Below, one piece after another: positions 29,009 through 39,974 of a stretch of DNA of 64,000 bases (its first letter is position 1; each line of letters starts with the position of its first letter). A model generated the notes under the pieces. That model made no database searches. It worked only from the letters and a program-made list of their open reading frames with translations, and was not told the DNA's origin. A program made the translations under genes and the position numbers. Origin of the DNA: Longimicrobiales bacterium. Lineage in GTDB: Bacteria > Gemmatimonadota > Gemmatimonadetes > Longimicrobiales > Gaopeijiaceae. The stretch covers positions 416,001 through 480,000 of the forward strand of contig OZ250165.1 of NCBI GenBank assembly GCA_965238005.1, in the 5' to 3' direction.

Positions 29009-29971
29009 TTGCGCGCGCTGCTCCTCGAGACGATCGATGAGGCCGCTCATGCAGAGCTCGCGGAGCAGTCGACGACGACCTTCCCCCCGACTCCGGACGC
29101 TGAGCTGGACGATCGCGACCTCACCGACGTCGACGCCATCATCACCTGCGGGCGCGGCCAGGTGACATCGGAGCTCATCGCCCGCTGCCCGAATCTGCGG
29201 GTCATCGGCCGCTGCGGCGTCGGCCTCGACAACGTCGATGTCGGCGCCGCCACCGCGGCCGGAGTAGCGGTGATCAACACCCCCGGCAGCCCCACCATCA
29301 CGACCGCCGAGCACACCATCATGTTGATCCTCGCCCTCACCCGGCAGCTCTACCCCCAGGTCGCGGCGGTCAAGAGCGACGACTGGGCGATCCGGAGGGG
29401 TGTGAGCGCAGAGTGCGCCGGCAAGAAGCTGGGCGTGGTCGGCCTCGGGGCGATCGGCTGCCGCGTGGCCGAGCTGTCAGCGGCGCTCGGGATGGAGGTC
29501 ATCGCCCACAATCGAACGAACCGGAATAGCACCGAGGGCCGGACATCGGTTCGCCGGCTTCCGTTCGCCGAGTTGCTCGCGGAGTCGGACATCGTCAGCC
29601 TTCACGTCGCGTTGACGCCGGAGACCCGAGGTCTCGTCGGACGAGCCGAGCTGGCGGCGATGAAACCGGGCGCCCTACTGGTGAACGCCGGGCGCGGCGC
29701 CCTGGTCGACGTCGATGCACTCCTCGAGGCGCTCGATTCCGACCGGCTCGCCGGATACGCGGCCGACGGCGTCGACCCGGAACCGCCCGCCGTCGGCGAT
29801 CGCCTCATCCATCACCCGCGCACGATCATCACCCCCCATTCCGCCGCCCTCACGGCATCCACCTACTGCCGGATGTGCCTGCGAACCGTTCGGAACGCCC
29901 TCGGCTACTTGACGGGTTCGCACTACGAGGCCGAGAGCGTTTTCAACGCCGCGCAGCTCTCGGGCGCCTAG
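29009..29971 (+). CDS. D-isomer-specific 2-hydroxyacid dehydrogenase
   Basis: 'GVGLDNVD', 'GLGAIG', 'VNAGRG', 'EPP', 'TPHSA'. Confidence 0.9.
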   Translation: MRALLLETIDEAAHAELAEQSTTTFPPTPDAELDDRDLTDVDAIITCGRGQVTSELIARCPNLRVIGRCGVGLDNVDVGAATAAGVAVINTPGSPTITTAEHTIMLILALTRQLYPQVAAVKSDDWAIRRGVSAECAGKKLGVVGLGAIGCRVAELSAALGMEVIAHNRTNRNSTEGRTSVRRLPFAELLAESDIVSLHVALTPETRGLVGRAELAAMKPGALLVNAGRGALVDVDALLEALDSDRLAGYAADGVDPEPPAVGDRLIHHPRTIITPHSAALTASTYCRMCLRTVRNALGYLTGSHYEAESVFNAAQLSGA

Positions 29972-30101
29972 CGGCGGGTCGACCGGATGAACGCCCGGCC
30001 CTGAGAGACCACCGTGCCGTAGCGTTGCCCGCGGCGCATCGACGGCCACGCCTTCCGGGTTCGAGCCGCCGGGGTACTGGAAACCGTCTCGTTGATCAAA
30101 C

Positions 30102-30330
30102 GGATAGGAAGTTCAAAGGGGCTGTCTAGGCGAGAGTTGAGGCGGGAAGGGAATGTGTGGGGAAAGTGTGCGGCGGACATCGGCGGACGCCATACGACTT
30201 GAGGTAGGAGGTGCGAGCGAAGGGGGTTCGTAGTGGCCGATCGTACGACCCAACCGGAGCAGACTGGCCGGCTGTCCAGATCGCGCTTTCTAGGCGCTCA
30301 AAGAGCACTCACCAGGGCCGGTCTGGTGAC
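30102..30330 (-). mobile_element. IS91/ISCR oriIS-type end without transposase
   Basis: Minus strand CCTTTGAACTTCCTATCC resembles the ISCR oriIS end; extent is approximate. Confidence 0.55.
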
Positions 30331-30589
30331 CCATCACCGCATGGCGGAGGTGAGTTGGTAGAAAATTAGTCGCCGTAGGCCCATGCAAGGACGAGCCGAT
30401 AACGCCCCTCTAAGCCACGAGGACGCTCCAGCCGAACCGGAACACCGAATACAACCCGAAGCTGCTCAGAACGTCTCTAAGGGCAACTCTCCGGCCTGCT
30501 CCTTGCGCCCACCGGCCCGCTCTCGGATGTTGACCTCGGTCTGATCTACCCCACGCTGAGGACTTCGTGAGATCAAGCTCGAACTAACC

Positions 30590-30690
30590 ATGGCCAGTCC
30601 TTCCGACGATCCCCTGAAGCGCCTCATCCGCGAGATCCACCGGAGGTCTCTGTGGCAGGCGTTGGGGATCTTCCTGCTCGGCGGCTGGCG
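30590..30690 (+). pseudogene. N-terminal fragment of a membrane-anchored TPR/cyclase-type protein
   Basis: 'MASPSDDPLKRLIREIHRRSLWQALGIFLLGGW'. Confidence 0.55.
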
Positions 30691-30965
30691 GCGCCCCGGC
30701 TCTCTCGGGGGCTGCAACTCCAGGAGCCCTTCAGGCTCCTTCCATTGCAGCCGGTCGTTGATTTAGGAACGCCCTATCTGTGATGTGAAGTCGTACTCAC
30801 AGGTAAGGAAAACATGAGGCAACGGGAATTCTAATTGTCGCTGATGAGAAAAAGTGGTTGACGCTGGACAATTCATAATAATCTGTTGAATCAGAGAAAA
30901 GACATGAGAAAAGACATGATAAGTATCGACAGAATCGCAATCATTTCTTTGAAGCGAGGTGTGTC

Positions 30966-32288
30966 ATGAGATCCGAAACATTCAGTCGGCGCGCGTTTCT
31001 GGGTAGCCCTGCTGCCCTAGGGATAACAGCGTATGCTGCGAAAGCCAGTAGCTTCAATAACTTGGATGATATCTTTAATAACTTGGATGATATTACGACG
31101 AAGATTACAGAGATTGAAACAATACCTTTGAGCCTCCCTGTGAAGCCGTTTGAGGATGGAGTCGACAAAACCGGCGCAAAAGCCGCACCAAGTAAATATT
31201 ATGAAGGGGAACCATTAAAGAGAAAGAGAAAACGAAACGAAGAAGGGCACCTCTTAATGGATTACGTATTTGTGAAAATCCATACAGATAAAGGCATCAT
31301 TGGAATGGGTGAAGCCCCAACTGATCGCGTTGAGACTCTTGAGACAGTGAAATTCACTATTGATCGATACATGACCCCTAATTTGATTGGTCTAAATCCA
31401 TTTGATATTGAGCGCAATAACGAGATAGTGTCTTTACAGAAAAATGGAAGAGTGATCACACGCCACGCTGCTTCAGCGATCAATTACGCCTTATATGACA
31501 TCCTAGGGAAAACATTAAACGTACCACTATACACCCTAGTGGGTGGATTATATCGAAACAAGGTGCTTGCTTCGGTTGAGGTCCCAGGAGGTCCTCCGGA
31601 GGAAATGGCCGCCCATAGTATGGAGTATTACAAACAGGGGATAAGAGGGATCAAGGCGAAAGTTGGATCGAACCCTGATAGAGATGCGAAATCTTTGAAA
31701 GCCATTAGAGAAGCCCTTGGAGACGAGATCAGTCTTAGAGCTGATGCAAATCAAAAATACACGATACATGAGGCGATTCGACTATGCAGGTTAGCCAAGG
31801 AATACGATGTAGGTCTTGAACTCCTTGAGCAACCCATAGCGAGTACTGATTTGGAGGGTGCGAGAAGAATTGCCAGAACCGTGAATATACCCGTAGAGGC
31901 AGATGAAGCTGCAGATAGCCTATACCAAGTTTATCAGCTTCTCAAGAACGATGCCTGCGATATCATTAACACAAAATGCTCCAAATCTGGAGGGATCTCA
32001 GGGGTCAAGAAATGGGCAGCGGTAGCTGAAGCAGCGAGAAAATCCATTGTTATAGGAACAGAATATGGACTTGGTAACATAGTTGCTTCAAAGGTGCACT
32101 TAGGATGCGCAATCAAAAACGCGGATCCAGTCTTGGAATTCACCGAAATAGTGCTACATGACCTCCTACTAAAGAAACCACTAGAATTGAGGGACGGCTA
32201 CATCGAAGTTCCAACCGGACCGGGTATAGGCTGGGAGTTCGATAACAAGAAGATAGAGCAATACACGGTTCATGATTTCCCTGAATAA
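30966..32288 (+). CDS. Mandelate racemase/MLE family enzyme with Tat-like leader, low GC
   Basis: 'FSRRAFL', 'KAKVG', 'DANQ', 'EQP', 'DEA', 'PTGPGIG'; AT-rich codon use. Confidence 0.88.
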   Translation: MRSETFSRRAFLGSPAALGITAYAAKASSFNNLDDIFNNLDDITTKITEIETIPLSLPVKPFEDGVDKTGAKAAPSKYYEGEPLKRKRKRNEEGHLLMDYVFVKIHTDKGIIGMGEAPTDRVETLETVKFTIDRYMTPNLIGLNPFDIERNNEIVSLQKNGRVITRHAASAINYALYDILGKTLNVPLYTLVGGLYRNKVLASVEVPGGPPEEMAAHSMEYYKQGIRGIKAKVGSNPDRDAKSLKAIREALGDEISLRADANQKYTIHEAIRLCRLAKEYDVGLELLEQPIASTDLEGARRIARTVNIPVEADEAADSLYQVYQLLKNDACDIINTKCSKSGGISGVKKWAAVAEAARKSIVIGTEYGLGNIVASKVHLGCAIKNADPVLEFTEIVLHDLLLKKPLELRDGYIEVPTGPGIGWEFDNKKIEQYTVHDFPE

Positions 32289-32365
32289 TCGGGTGTCGTG
32301 GTCCGCGAAAACCCATCACGTATTCCAGTCTCCACGAGCTGGGCGCTCGGAGCAACAACCTTTCC

Positions 32366-32455
32366 CTCGGCTCGCTGGTGAGCTTGGCCGCGCTGTTGGT
32401 GCCCGCGAAACCTGCAGCGCGGATCGCGCCGGTGATTGCGCTCAGGGAGGAGTAG
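32366..32455 (+). pseudogene. C-terminal fragment of an ADOP/MacB-like ABC permease
   Basis: 'LAALLVPAKPAARIAPVIALREE*'. Confidence 0.6.
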
Positions 32456-32539
32456 TCAGTTCGGGACCCTGAAGCAGACCCGGCGAGTGGCTCGGCTAGG
32501 TTCGCTCACTCGAGTCGAGCAGCATGACGAGCTCGTTCC

Positions 32540-35500
32540 TCAGCGACCGCCTGCGGGGCGAGTGCGCGGGTCCGTTCGCTCTTCCTCATCGTCCTTGTCG
32601 TCCTCATCGTCCTTGTCGTCCTTCTCAGGTGGTCTCGGTCGGATCATGCGGATGGACACGCCGCCGAAGAAGCCCGATCCCGATCGCTTCACGACATGTT
32701 CGCCATCGAATAGGTAGTCCGTGATCGCTTGATCCCAGGACAACCCGGCCTTGGCCATCAATTCCATCCAGGGTCCGTATACAGTCTCATCGGGAGCTTC
32801 CGTCATACCACTCCAGATGGTGACCCGCGGGTTGTAGCCTCCGTTTTCCTGGCCCGTGGAGCCCTTGAGCGGCATCCGGATCAGGACGCTGTCCGTCATG
32901 GGGAGGTTGAAGACGTCGGGGTCGAACTGTGCACCGTAGCGTTCGTATTTGGCGTACATGCGTTGGTTGAAGTCGAAGACGTCGCGGTTCGAATTGATGC
33001 TGCGTGTGATGTAGGCGCGGATCTCCATTACGGCGTCTTTGTGCCTCGGGTACTGCGGGCTATCCACGTAGCCGAAGCCGGGCATGAACCAACCCTTATT
33101 TAAGCCGAAATTACGTTCCGTGACGCGTCCGTGCCGAACGAGGCCAGTGTACTCGGAGAAGAGCTGCACGACCTGGTGGGACGGATATCCGTGGGGATTG
33201 AGAAAGATGTCCGGAAGCCACGTTTCCCAGAGTCGACGACGCACGGTCGATTCGGGATAGATAGGATGGTCGGCTCCCCCACCGGACGTCGGGTCCTGGC
33301 CCAGCGATCCGAGGTAGCCCGCGTGCAGGATGAAGTCGGGGGTGATCTTGTACAAATCATAGGCCGTCTGCGCGCCATCCGGATTGGTGAACGGATGGAT
33401 GATCACGTTGACCTTCTTGAGTTGTTCCTCCATCTCAGGATCAGTCAGCAACAACTCGGCGTGCCGCAGCACATGACTCGTCGAGGAGACTTCATTCGCG
33501 TGCTGGCGGGCTGAATAGATCACTGTGGGCTTGAATGTCGATGCCTTTACAGGGGACCAATGACTGGCGGCGATCGGAGTCATGAGGTCCATCGCCCAGA
33601 TGTCCTTACCCAGATAACTACGTCCGGCTCGGTACACCGTCGCCTCTTCGAACGCCGCACCCATCATCCCCAGCATCGCATGGCCCTCGGAGGGCGGAAT
33701 GGGCGTGTCCCACTGCACGATCCGGTCACCGCCGTAGGTCCATCCATCGGGGACCAGGGAGCGCCAGTCGGGGAGAGGAGTCGGTGTTCCGTTCGCTTCA
33801 AGCGTCCCAATGCGACGAGAATCCGGGTCCTGCTCGTGCGTCCACTCGGCCCAGACCTCCATGGAGCCGAGTCCGGCATACGAGAGTGCTGACGTGTAGA
33901 GGCCGGCCCGGCGGAGCGCTTCGATCTCACTCATGGTGGCCTCGACCTGTTCGGCCGAGACCATACGCTCATCGACCTGCCGCTCACGTGTCACGGTGAT
34001 CAGACTGTCCCTCATGTCCCGGTCGGTGTCCACGGCCACGCGCAGGCCGAGATGGGCCAGACCGGCCTGGCCTGCCACCACCTTGGCCAATCGGGCCGAC
34101 GGGCGCGCCAGGTTCGTTTTCGGGATATCCAAGCGGACCTCTCCGGATTCGCCGGCTTCTGTTTCGTAAGTCACGACCACGGCGGGTCTGGACGTTGCAA
34201 AGCCAGTTACGCGAATCTGAGCGATGGCGGCCGAGCCATCCGACTTCGGGTGCATGATGGGGAGGATCCGTCCTGGAAATTGGATTCCCTGCCCGCGGGA
34301 ATTTCGTCCGAGTACGTCGAAGAACTCTATGGTGCCGAAGTAGATCTCCTCGTGCAGCGCGTCCATCGGCGCGTGGATTTCATTGTCGATTTCCAGCCTG
34401 TAGTTCGGCTCACTCATCTCGAGATCCACCGTGAGTTCGCCGAAGAACGGAGAATCCGCGCTGCCGCCTCGGGGAAGTCCTTCGTGGGTCGCCATGACAT
34501 GGTCGTAAAGGCGCGGCAGCACGTTCGCCTGGAAGTGATCCCAGAACGCCTCCGGATCCGTGACGATCCTCTCGTCGGCGAGTAGCCGTGCACCGGACAT
34601 CGCGGTGAGCCATCCCGTGGTCACGCGCACATGTTCGTAGTCCTGGAAGCGGTCGAAGTATGGCCGCAACAGCCATTTGGGATCGAAGGTGTCCGTGAGG
34701 ATTTCCACGCCGTTGAGATCGGTGACCCGAACTCCATAAGTGGGTCCGTCGAGCACTTCTTCAAACCGAATCTGCTCGAGATCGAGATCGAGATCGCGGG
34801 CGAACACCTCGTCGATTGGGAAAATTTCGTGTAGCCAACGCACCGGCGTATGGATCGCCTGTTGAGGCCAGTCTAATGGGGGCTCGTTACGGCGGAATCG
34901 AATGACGATCTCACCGACATCTCGGCCCTCCAGTTGCGGACGCACGACATCGTGGAGCCAGGAGTAGCCCTGCTTGAAGGCAGAGAGAACGGTCACCTCA
35001 GTGCCCTGAGGATCCGCCCCGGCCTCCAGGAGCGCCGCCCGCGCTTCCTCCTCCAGGCGAGCGCGAAGTTCCGGCGGCTCGCTGATACGGGCCTCGACTC
35101 GAATCGGTGACCCCCCTCGGGCGGCAGGGATAACCTTTTCGCGGAAAAGCGCCCAGAAACGGTCGACTTCCGATGGGAGAGTGATCGACTCCTCGAAGAG
35201 CGTTGCAGCGTTCTGAACGTCCCTGTCGTCGATCGTGACCTCCACGCTTGTTAGTTCCAGAGCCGCTGCTGCACGGTTGGCGACCAGAGTCTCCAGGGCG
35301 GGGTCCGCCTTCGCGACAGACATGAGCACAGAGGCCGACGCGAGTTGTTCGTCCGCGAGGTCGGCGAGGATTCGATCGAGCTTGTACAGGCCGATCGCTG
35401 CCTGGCCGATGGGTGAGTTTCCAGACAGGACGTCCCATAACTCCTGCTCTACCTCATCGACGGTGGGGCGATCCTTGCCGCGGTCGGAGAGGTTGGGAAA

Positions 35501-36868
35501 GGTGAGGGCGACCTGCTCGAGCGCCCGCGCCGCACCGTCCTCGTCGGCGCCCGTGATGACGAGCGTGGACTTCGACCCGAACGCGTCGGGGACGAGCTGA
35601 ATGAGACCTTCGCCGGCGCTGAGACCGGCAACGTCGATCCGCGCGCTGTCGGCTAGTCGGTCGGTGAGCCGGTTGTCCGTCCCGACGAGTATCATCGTCG
35701 GCTTCGAGCCCGGACGTAGCAGGGACTCTGCCGGATGAACGAGAGGGACCACCAATCCGGTGGATTCGAGGCCCAGGCGGCCCGCCAGGTCAGGCAGTGC
35801 ATCGATGCTGCCATTGCCCGGCACCAGGATGGCGTCGACGCTGTTTGGAATCGGGCTTCCGCCGAGGAGACCGTCCGACGTGTAGAGGTTGGAGAGGTCC
35901 AGTTCGTTTTTCGCTCCGCTCCCCGGGCGCCCCGAGATCGGGCCGGGTGTGTCGGGCTCGGCGCGGCCGGGTAATCTCATGACCGATCCGCCGGCGATAC
36001 GCACCTCGACCGAGCCGAGGCCAGGGTAGGCGAGGGGATTGGATGGAGCGGCCGGCTCGGCGTCCTCGTCCGAACCCACAGGGGCTTCCGAGGTGTCGGC
36101 GGCCTCAGATGTTTGCGCCGTGTCCGCTTCCTCCGGCTCGGGCGGGACCCCATCGATCTCGGTCAGGAATTGGAGGGCATCCCGAGCATCAGGCGCGTTC
36201 ACGCCCTCGATGTCCGCTACCAGTCGAGCGATGCCGTCTTGCCCCGAACGGGCTCGTGCTTGCGTCAGCCGAATCGACGCCCCTTCGACCCCCGCCGCCT
36301 CCAACGTTGCTTGGAGGTCGCCCCGCACCTTTTCGAGCTTCGCCGTAGACAGTGTTCGTGTGTGCGGCAGTACGCCTGCGAAGAGCCGCGCCGCGGCGGC
36401 CAATCCTTCATCATCACCTCCCAGGACGAAAAGCCACGTCCGCCCCTCGATCTCTCGCATCACCACAGCACCTTCGCCGGAGTCGAGAGATGTCGGATCG
36501 ACGCCTGCGGACGTGATTCCCGAGACCGCCAGCCCACCCCGTCCGATCACGATTGGGATGGCTTCACCCACGCCTCTCGCGAGCGGAAGGTCGAGGGCCA
36601 TCGTCTCGAATCCGAGCCGCGCCGAGATCTCGGCTGCTGCTGCCGTTTCAGCGACCGTGGGCAGGGCACCGAGAACCAGGGAGGCGTTGACGAAGTCCGG
36701 CACACTGTCGTCGTTCGTGTCGGTGAGGAGCACGCCAAGATCGAAGAGTGTCGCGAGATCGGGCGCGCTCTGCTGCGCCGAGGCCTGCCTCGGAGCACCC
36801 ACAAGAGAAGCGACTGCGACCGCGCACATGCCTACGTGCACCGTGAAGAACCGGGTGAAGCCCGTCAT
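32540..36868 (-). CDS. Large secreted M14-family zinc carboxypeptidase
   Basis: Signal peptide; 'RQHANE', 'NPDG', 'NPHG' zinc motifs near the C-terminus. Confidence 0.88.
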   Translation of the reverse strand: MTGFTRFFTVHVGMCAVAVASLVGAPRQASAQQSAPDLATLFDLGVLLTDTNDDSVPDFVNASLVLGALPTVAETAAAAEISARLGFETMALDLPLARGVGEAIPIVIGRGGLAVSGITSAGVDPTSLDSGEGAVVMREIEGRTWLFVLGGDDEGLAAAARLFAGVLPHTRTLSTAKLEKVRGDLQATLEAAGVEGASIRLTQARARSGQDGIARLVADIEGVNAPDARDALQFLTEIDGVPPEPEEADTAQTSEAADTSEAPVGSDEDAEPAAPSNPLAYPGLGSVEVRIAGGSVMRLPGRAEPDTPGPISGRPGSGAKNELDLSNLYTSDGLLGGSPIPNSVDAILVPGNGSIDALPDLAGRLGLESTGLVVPLVHPAESLLRPGSKPTMILVGTDNRLTDRLADSARIDVAGLSAGEGLIQLVPDAFGSKSTLVITGADEDGAARALEQVALTFPNLSDRGKDRPTVDEVEQELWDVLSGNSPIGQAAIGLYKLDRILADLADEQLASASVLMSVAKADPALETLVANRAAAALELTSVEVTIDDRDVQNAATLFEESITLPSEVDRFWALFREKVIPAARGGSPIRVEARISEPPELRARLEEEARAALLEAGADPQGTEVTVLSAFKQGYSWLHDVVRPQLEGRDVGEIVIRFRRNEPPLDWPQQAIHTPVRWLHEIFPIDEVFARDLDLDLEQIRFEEVLDGPTYGVRVTDLNGVEILTDTFDPKWLLRPYFDRFQDYEHVRVTTGWLTAMSGARLLADERIVTDPEAFWDHFQANVLPRLYDHVMATHEGLPRGGSADSPFFGELTVDLEMSEPNYRLEIDNEIHAPMDALHEEIYFGTIEFFDVLGRNSRGQGIQFPGRILPIMHPKSDGSAAIAQIRVTGFATSRPAVVVTYETEAGESGEVRLDIPKTNLARPSARLAKVVAGQAGLAHLGLRVAVDTDRDMRDSLITVTRERQVDERMVSAEQVEATMSEIEALRRAGLYTSALSYAGLGSMEVWAEWTHEQDPDSRRIGTLEANGTPTPLPDWRSLVPDGWTYGGDRIVQWDTPIPPSEGHAMLGMMGAAFEEATVYRAGRSYLGKDIWAMDLMTPIAASHWSPVKASTFKPTVIYSARQHANEVSSTSHVLRHAELLLTDPEMEEQLKKVNVIIHPFTNPDGAQTAYDLYKITPDFILHAGYLGSLGQDPTSGGGADHPIYPESTVRRRLWETWLPDIFLNPHGYPSHQVVQLFSEYTGLVRHGRVTERNFGLNKGWFMPGFGYVDSPQYPRHKDAVMEIRAYITRSINSNRDVFDFNQRMYAKYERYGAQFDPDVFNLPMTDSVLIRMPLKGSTGQENGGYNPRVTIWSGMTEAPDETVYGPWMELMAKAGLSWDQAITDYLFDGEHVVKRSGSGFFGGVSIRMIRPRPPEKDDKDDEDDKDDEEERTDPRTRPAGGR

Positions 36869-37070
36869 GCTCGTCTCTCAAGTCCGGTTGGACAATAAGC
36901 GCCGGAAATCGGCGTCAGCGGTGCAACCTACGTGCCGGGGGAGGCTGCTACAACGCCGGCTAACGTGTGAGGTCTATCTCTGTTGTCGCCCTTGCCCTCT
37001 TGCCGTCGCCGCAGGCAACTTGGCTTCGCCGTGTCACAGCCACGTCCCGCCACGATTTGGAGCTCATCGA

Positions 37071-37859
37071 TTGATCTCGCTAGCCGGCAAGACCGCCATT
37101 GTTACGGGTGCGGCCCGTGGAATCGGAGTGGCGTGTTCCCGTGCCTTCGCCGAGCACGGCGCTCGGGTCGTGATGGCAGATCTCCTCGGGGAAACGTGTA
37201 TCGCGACCGCCGCGTCCATTTCCAGTGACACAGGTGTGGACACTCTTGCCGTCCAGATGGACGTCAGTCAGGAGGATGACTGCGAGTCTCTACTAGCGGA
37301 CTGCATCGCACGCTTCGGCCAGTGCGACATTCTCCTCAACAACGCCGGCATCATCGCCCGGGGCTCGATCCTGGATGCGTCCACCGAGGACTTCGACCGC
37401 GTCTTGGCGGTCAACCTTCGGGGGACATTTTTGCTCAGCCGCGCGGTGGCAAACCACATGGTGGATCTCGGCGTCCACGGCACCATCATCAACATGTCGT
37501 CCACCAACGCCGTGGTGACCATCCCCGATCAGCTTCCGTATGCGACCTCGAAAGGAGCCGTGGGGCAGCTCACGAAGGTCATGGCGATGGAGCTTGCCGC
37601 GCATGACATCCGGGTCAACGCCATCGGTCCGGGCTCTATCTCCACCGACATGCTGAACGTTGTCATGGAGGACGAGAGCGCTCGCAGGACGATGTTGTCA
37701 CGGACACCCATGGGGAGGGCCGGGAATCCGTCGGAGGTGGCTTCGGTGGCGGTGTTCCTGGCTAGCGATTACGCGTCCTACATGACGGGCCAAACCGTCT
37801 ATCCGGACGGAGGGCGGCTCTCGCTCAACTACACGGTGCCCCTGCGCGAGGATGGCTGA
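37071..37859 (+). CDS. SDR-family oxidoreductase
   Basis: TTG start with GGAG RBS; 'TGAARGIG', 'NNAG', 'YATSK', 'NAIGPG'. Confidence 0.92.
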   Translation: MISLAGKTAIVTGAARGIGVACSRAFAEHGARVVMADLLGETCIATAASISSDTGVDTLAVQMDVSQEDDCESLLADCIARFGQCDILLNNAGIIARGSILDASTEDFDRVLAVNLRGTFLLSRAVANHMVDLGVHGTIINMSSTNAVVTIPDQLPYATSKGAVGQLTKVMAMELAAHDIRVNAIGPGSISTDMLNVVMEDESARRTMLSRTPMGRAGNPSEVASVAVFLASDYASYMTGQTVYPDGGRLSLNYTVPLREDG

Positions 37860-37886
37860 GCCGCGCGGCTCTGCTCGAGTAGACTG

Positions 37887-39974
37887 ATGCCGGAAGCACG
37901 CCTCGCCGTCGACATCGGAGGCACGTTTACGGACGTGGTGCTGGAGATGGACGGCGGCCACATCACGACCAAGGTTCTCACTACGCCGCGGGCCCCCGAG
38001 CTCGGGGTGATGTCTGGCTTTGAGAAGGTCCGGGCGCTCTCTGGCGTCGATCCGGCGGAGATCTGTCTTGTGATCCACGGGACGACGCTGGCTACCAACG
38101 CCCTCATCGAGCGCCGCGGAGCAAAGACCGCTCTGGTGGTGACGTCGGGCCACCGCGACGCGTTGGAGATGGCCCACGAAAACCGCTTCGAGCAGTACGA
38201 TATCGGTGTCGATCGTCCGGCCCCGCTCGTGCCGCGCCACCTTCGCATTCCGGTGGAGGAGCGGTTAGATCGGAATGGCGACGTGCTCGTGCCCTTGGAC
38301 GAGGCCTCTGTGCGCGCCCTGCTGCCCGTGCTCGACGGCAAAGAGGTCGAGTCGGTGGCGGTGGGACTCCTCCATGCCTACGCGAACCCCAGTCACGAGC
38401 GTCGTATCAGGGAGCTACTGCTGGAGTCACGGCCGTCGCTGTCCATCACCCTGGCCTCTGAGGTCTGCCCGGAGGTGCGCGAGTTCGAGCGCCTGTCGAC
38501 GGCGTGCGCAAACGCCTACGTGCAGCCGCTCATGTCCCGCTACCTGCATTCCCTCGCCCAAGCGCTCCGAGACGCGGGCGTCCGGTGTCCCTTCCTTCTC
38601 ATGACTTCGGGGGGAGGCCTCACGACCCTCGAGACCGGGGCCTCATTTCCGATACGGCTCGTGGAGTCGGGGCCGGCGGGTGGGGCGATCCTGGCGAGTC
38701 ATGTCGCGCGCCAGTTCGGCCTCGATCGGGTCATCTCACTCGACATGGGCGGCACGACTGCAAAGCTGTGCCTCGTGGACGACGGACAGCCGCTGAGCTC
38801 TCGTCACTTCGAGGTCGCGCGCAGTTACCGGTTCCGCAGGGGGAGCGGTCTCCCTGTGCGAATCCCCGCGATCGAGATGGTGGAGATCGGTGCGGGCGGT
38901 GGCTCTATCGCGTCCGTGGATACCATGAGCCGGATCCTGGTCGGTCCGCTGAGCGCTGGCTCCGACCCGGGTCCGGCCTCATACGGGAGAGGAGGGGAGC
39001 GGCCTACGGTCACAGATGCCGACGTTGCGCTGGGGAGGCTCGACCCTGACCGCTTTGCCGGCGGCTCTATCCAGATCGATCCGGCCCTGGCGAGAAATGC
39101 TGTGGTGGCCCACGTGGGAGATCCCCTTGGTCTGAACGGCGCCATTGCAGCATACGGCATCAGCGAGATTGTGGACGAGAACATGGCGAACGCCGCCCGA
39201 ACTCACGCCATCGAAGGGGGAAAGAGCGTTGACGGCCGGGCCATGGTGGCGTTCGGCGGCTCGGCACCCATCCACGCGGCCCGTCTTGCCGAGAAGCTGA
39301 ACGTGGACAGTGTGGTGGTGCCCAACCACGCCGGAGTGGGGTCTGCGGTGGGCTTCCTGCTTGCGCCCATCTCATACGAGGTGGTGCGCAGTCGCTATAT
39401 GCGGCTTTCCGCATTCGACCCCCGCCTGGTGGAGGAGGTTCTTTCCGAGATGCTCGCCGAGGCGCGGGCGGTGGTGGCGCAAGGAGCGCCCGGAGCCGCC
39501 ACCTTCAGCACGGCGCAGGCGTTCATGCGGTACGTGGGCCAGGGGCACGAGATCGGGGTGACGGTGCGGGAAGGGCTCCTCGAGGATGGAGTTCGTGGCG
39601 GCGCGCACCTCCGCCGAGCCTTCGACGACGCCTATATAGCGCTATACGGTCGCACGATCCCGGGCCTCGATGTGGAGGTCCTGAGCTGGACGCTCGTGGT
39701 GTCCACGATATCGACGGCGGTCACCCGAGTGGACACACCGCCGCCTTCAGCCTCACCGCCGACCCCGTCGGGCACTGCGGCGCTCATCGAAGATGGCTCG
39801 GAGGGGAGTGTTCAGGCCGATGTTTACGTCCGCTCGGATCTGGAGCCAGGCGTGTCCCTCGAGGGCCCGGCGCTTGTTGCGGAAGATCAGACCACCACGG
39901 TGGTGCCCACCGGCTTCGTGGTCCACGTGGCCACGGGCGGTCACCTCGTGCTGACGAGGACCAACCATGAGTGA
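37887..39974 (+). CDS. Hydantoinase A / oxoprolinase subunit
   Basis: 'DIGGTFTD', 'HGTTLATN', 'ESGPAGG', 'DMGGTT', 'GAGGGS'. Confidence 0.93.
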   Translation: MPEARLAVDIGGTFTDVVLEMDGGHITTKVLTTPRAPELGVMSGFEKVRALSGVDPAEICLVIHGTTLATNALIERRGAKTALVVTSGHRDALEMAHENRFEQYDIGVDRPAPLVPRHLRIPVEERLDRNGDVLVPLDEASVRALLPVLDGKEVESVAVGLLHAYANPSHERRIRELLLESRPSLSITLASEVCPEVREFERLSTACANAYVQPLMSRYLHSLAQALRDAGVRCPFLLMTSGGGLTTLETGASFPIRLVESGPAGGAILASHVARQFGLDRVISLDMGGTTAKLCLVDDGQPLSSRHFEVARSYRFRRGSGLPVRIPAIEMVEIGAGGGSIASVDTMSRILVGPLSAGSDPGPASYGRGGERPTVTDADVALGRLDPDRFAGGSIQIDPALARNAVVAHVGDPLGLNGAIAAYGISEIVDENMANAARTHAIEGGKSVDGRAMVAFGGSAPIHAARLAEKLNVDSVVVPNHAGVGSAVGFLLAPISYEVVRSRYMRLSAFDPRLVEEVLSEMLAEARAVVAQGAPGAATFSTAQAFMRYVGQGHEIGVTVREGLLEDGVRGGAHLRRAFDDAYIALYGRTIPGLDVEVLSWTLVVSTISTAVTRVDTPPPSASPPTPSGTAALIEDGSEGSVQADVYVRSDLEPGVSLEGPALVAEDQTTTVVPTGFVVHVATGGHLVLTRTNHE

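Noticed and set aside
36039..37070. 606-aa extended SDR ORF
   Set aside because: The extension is antisense to the M14 peptidase; a TTG start with RBS at 37071 gives a normal SDR
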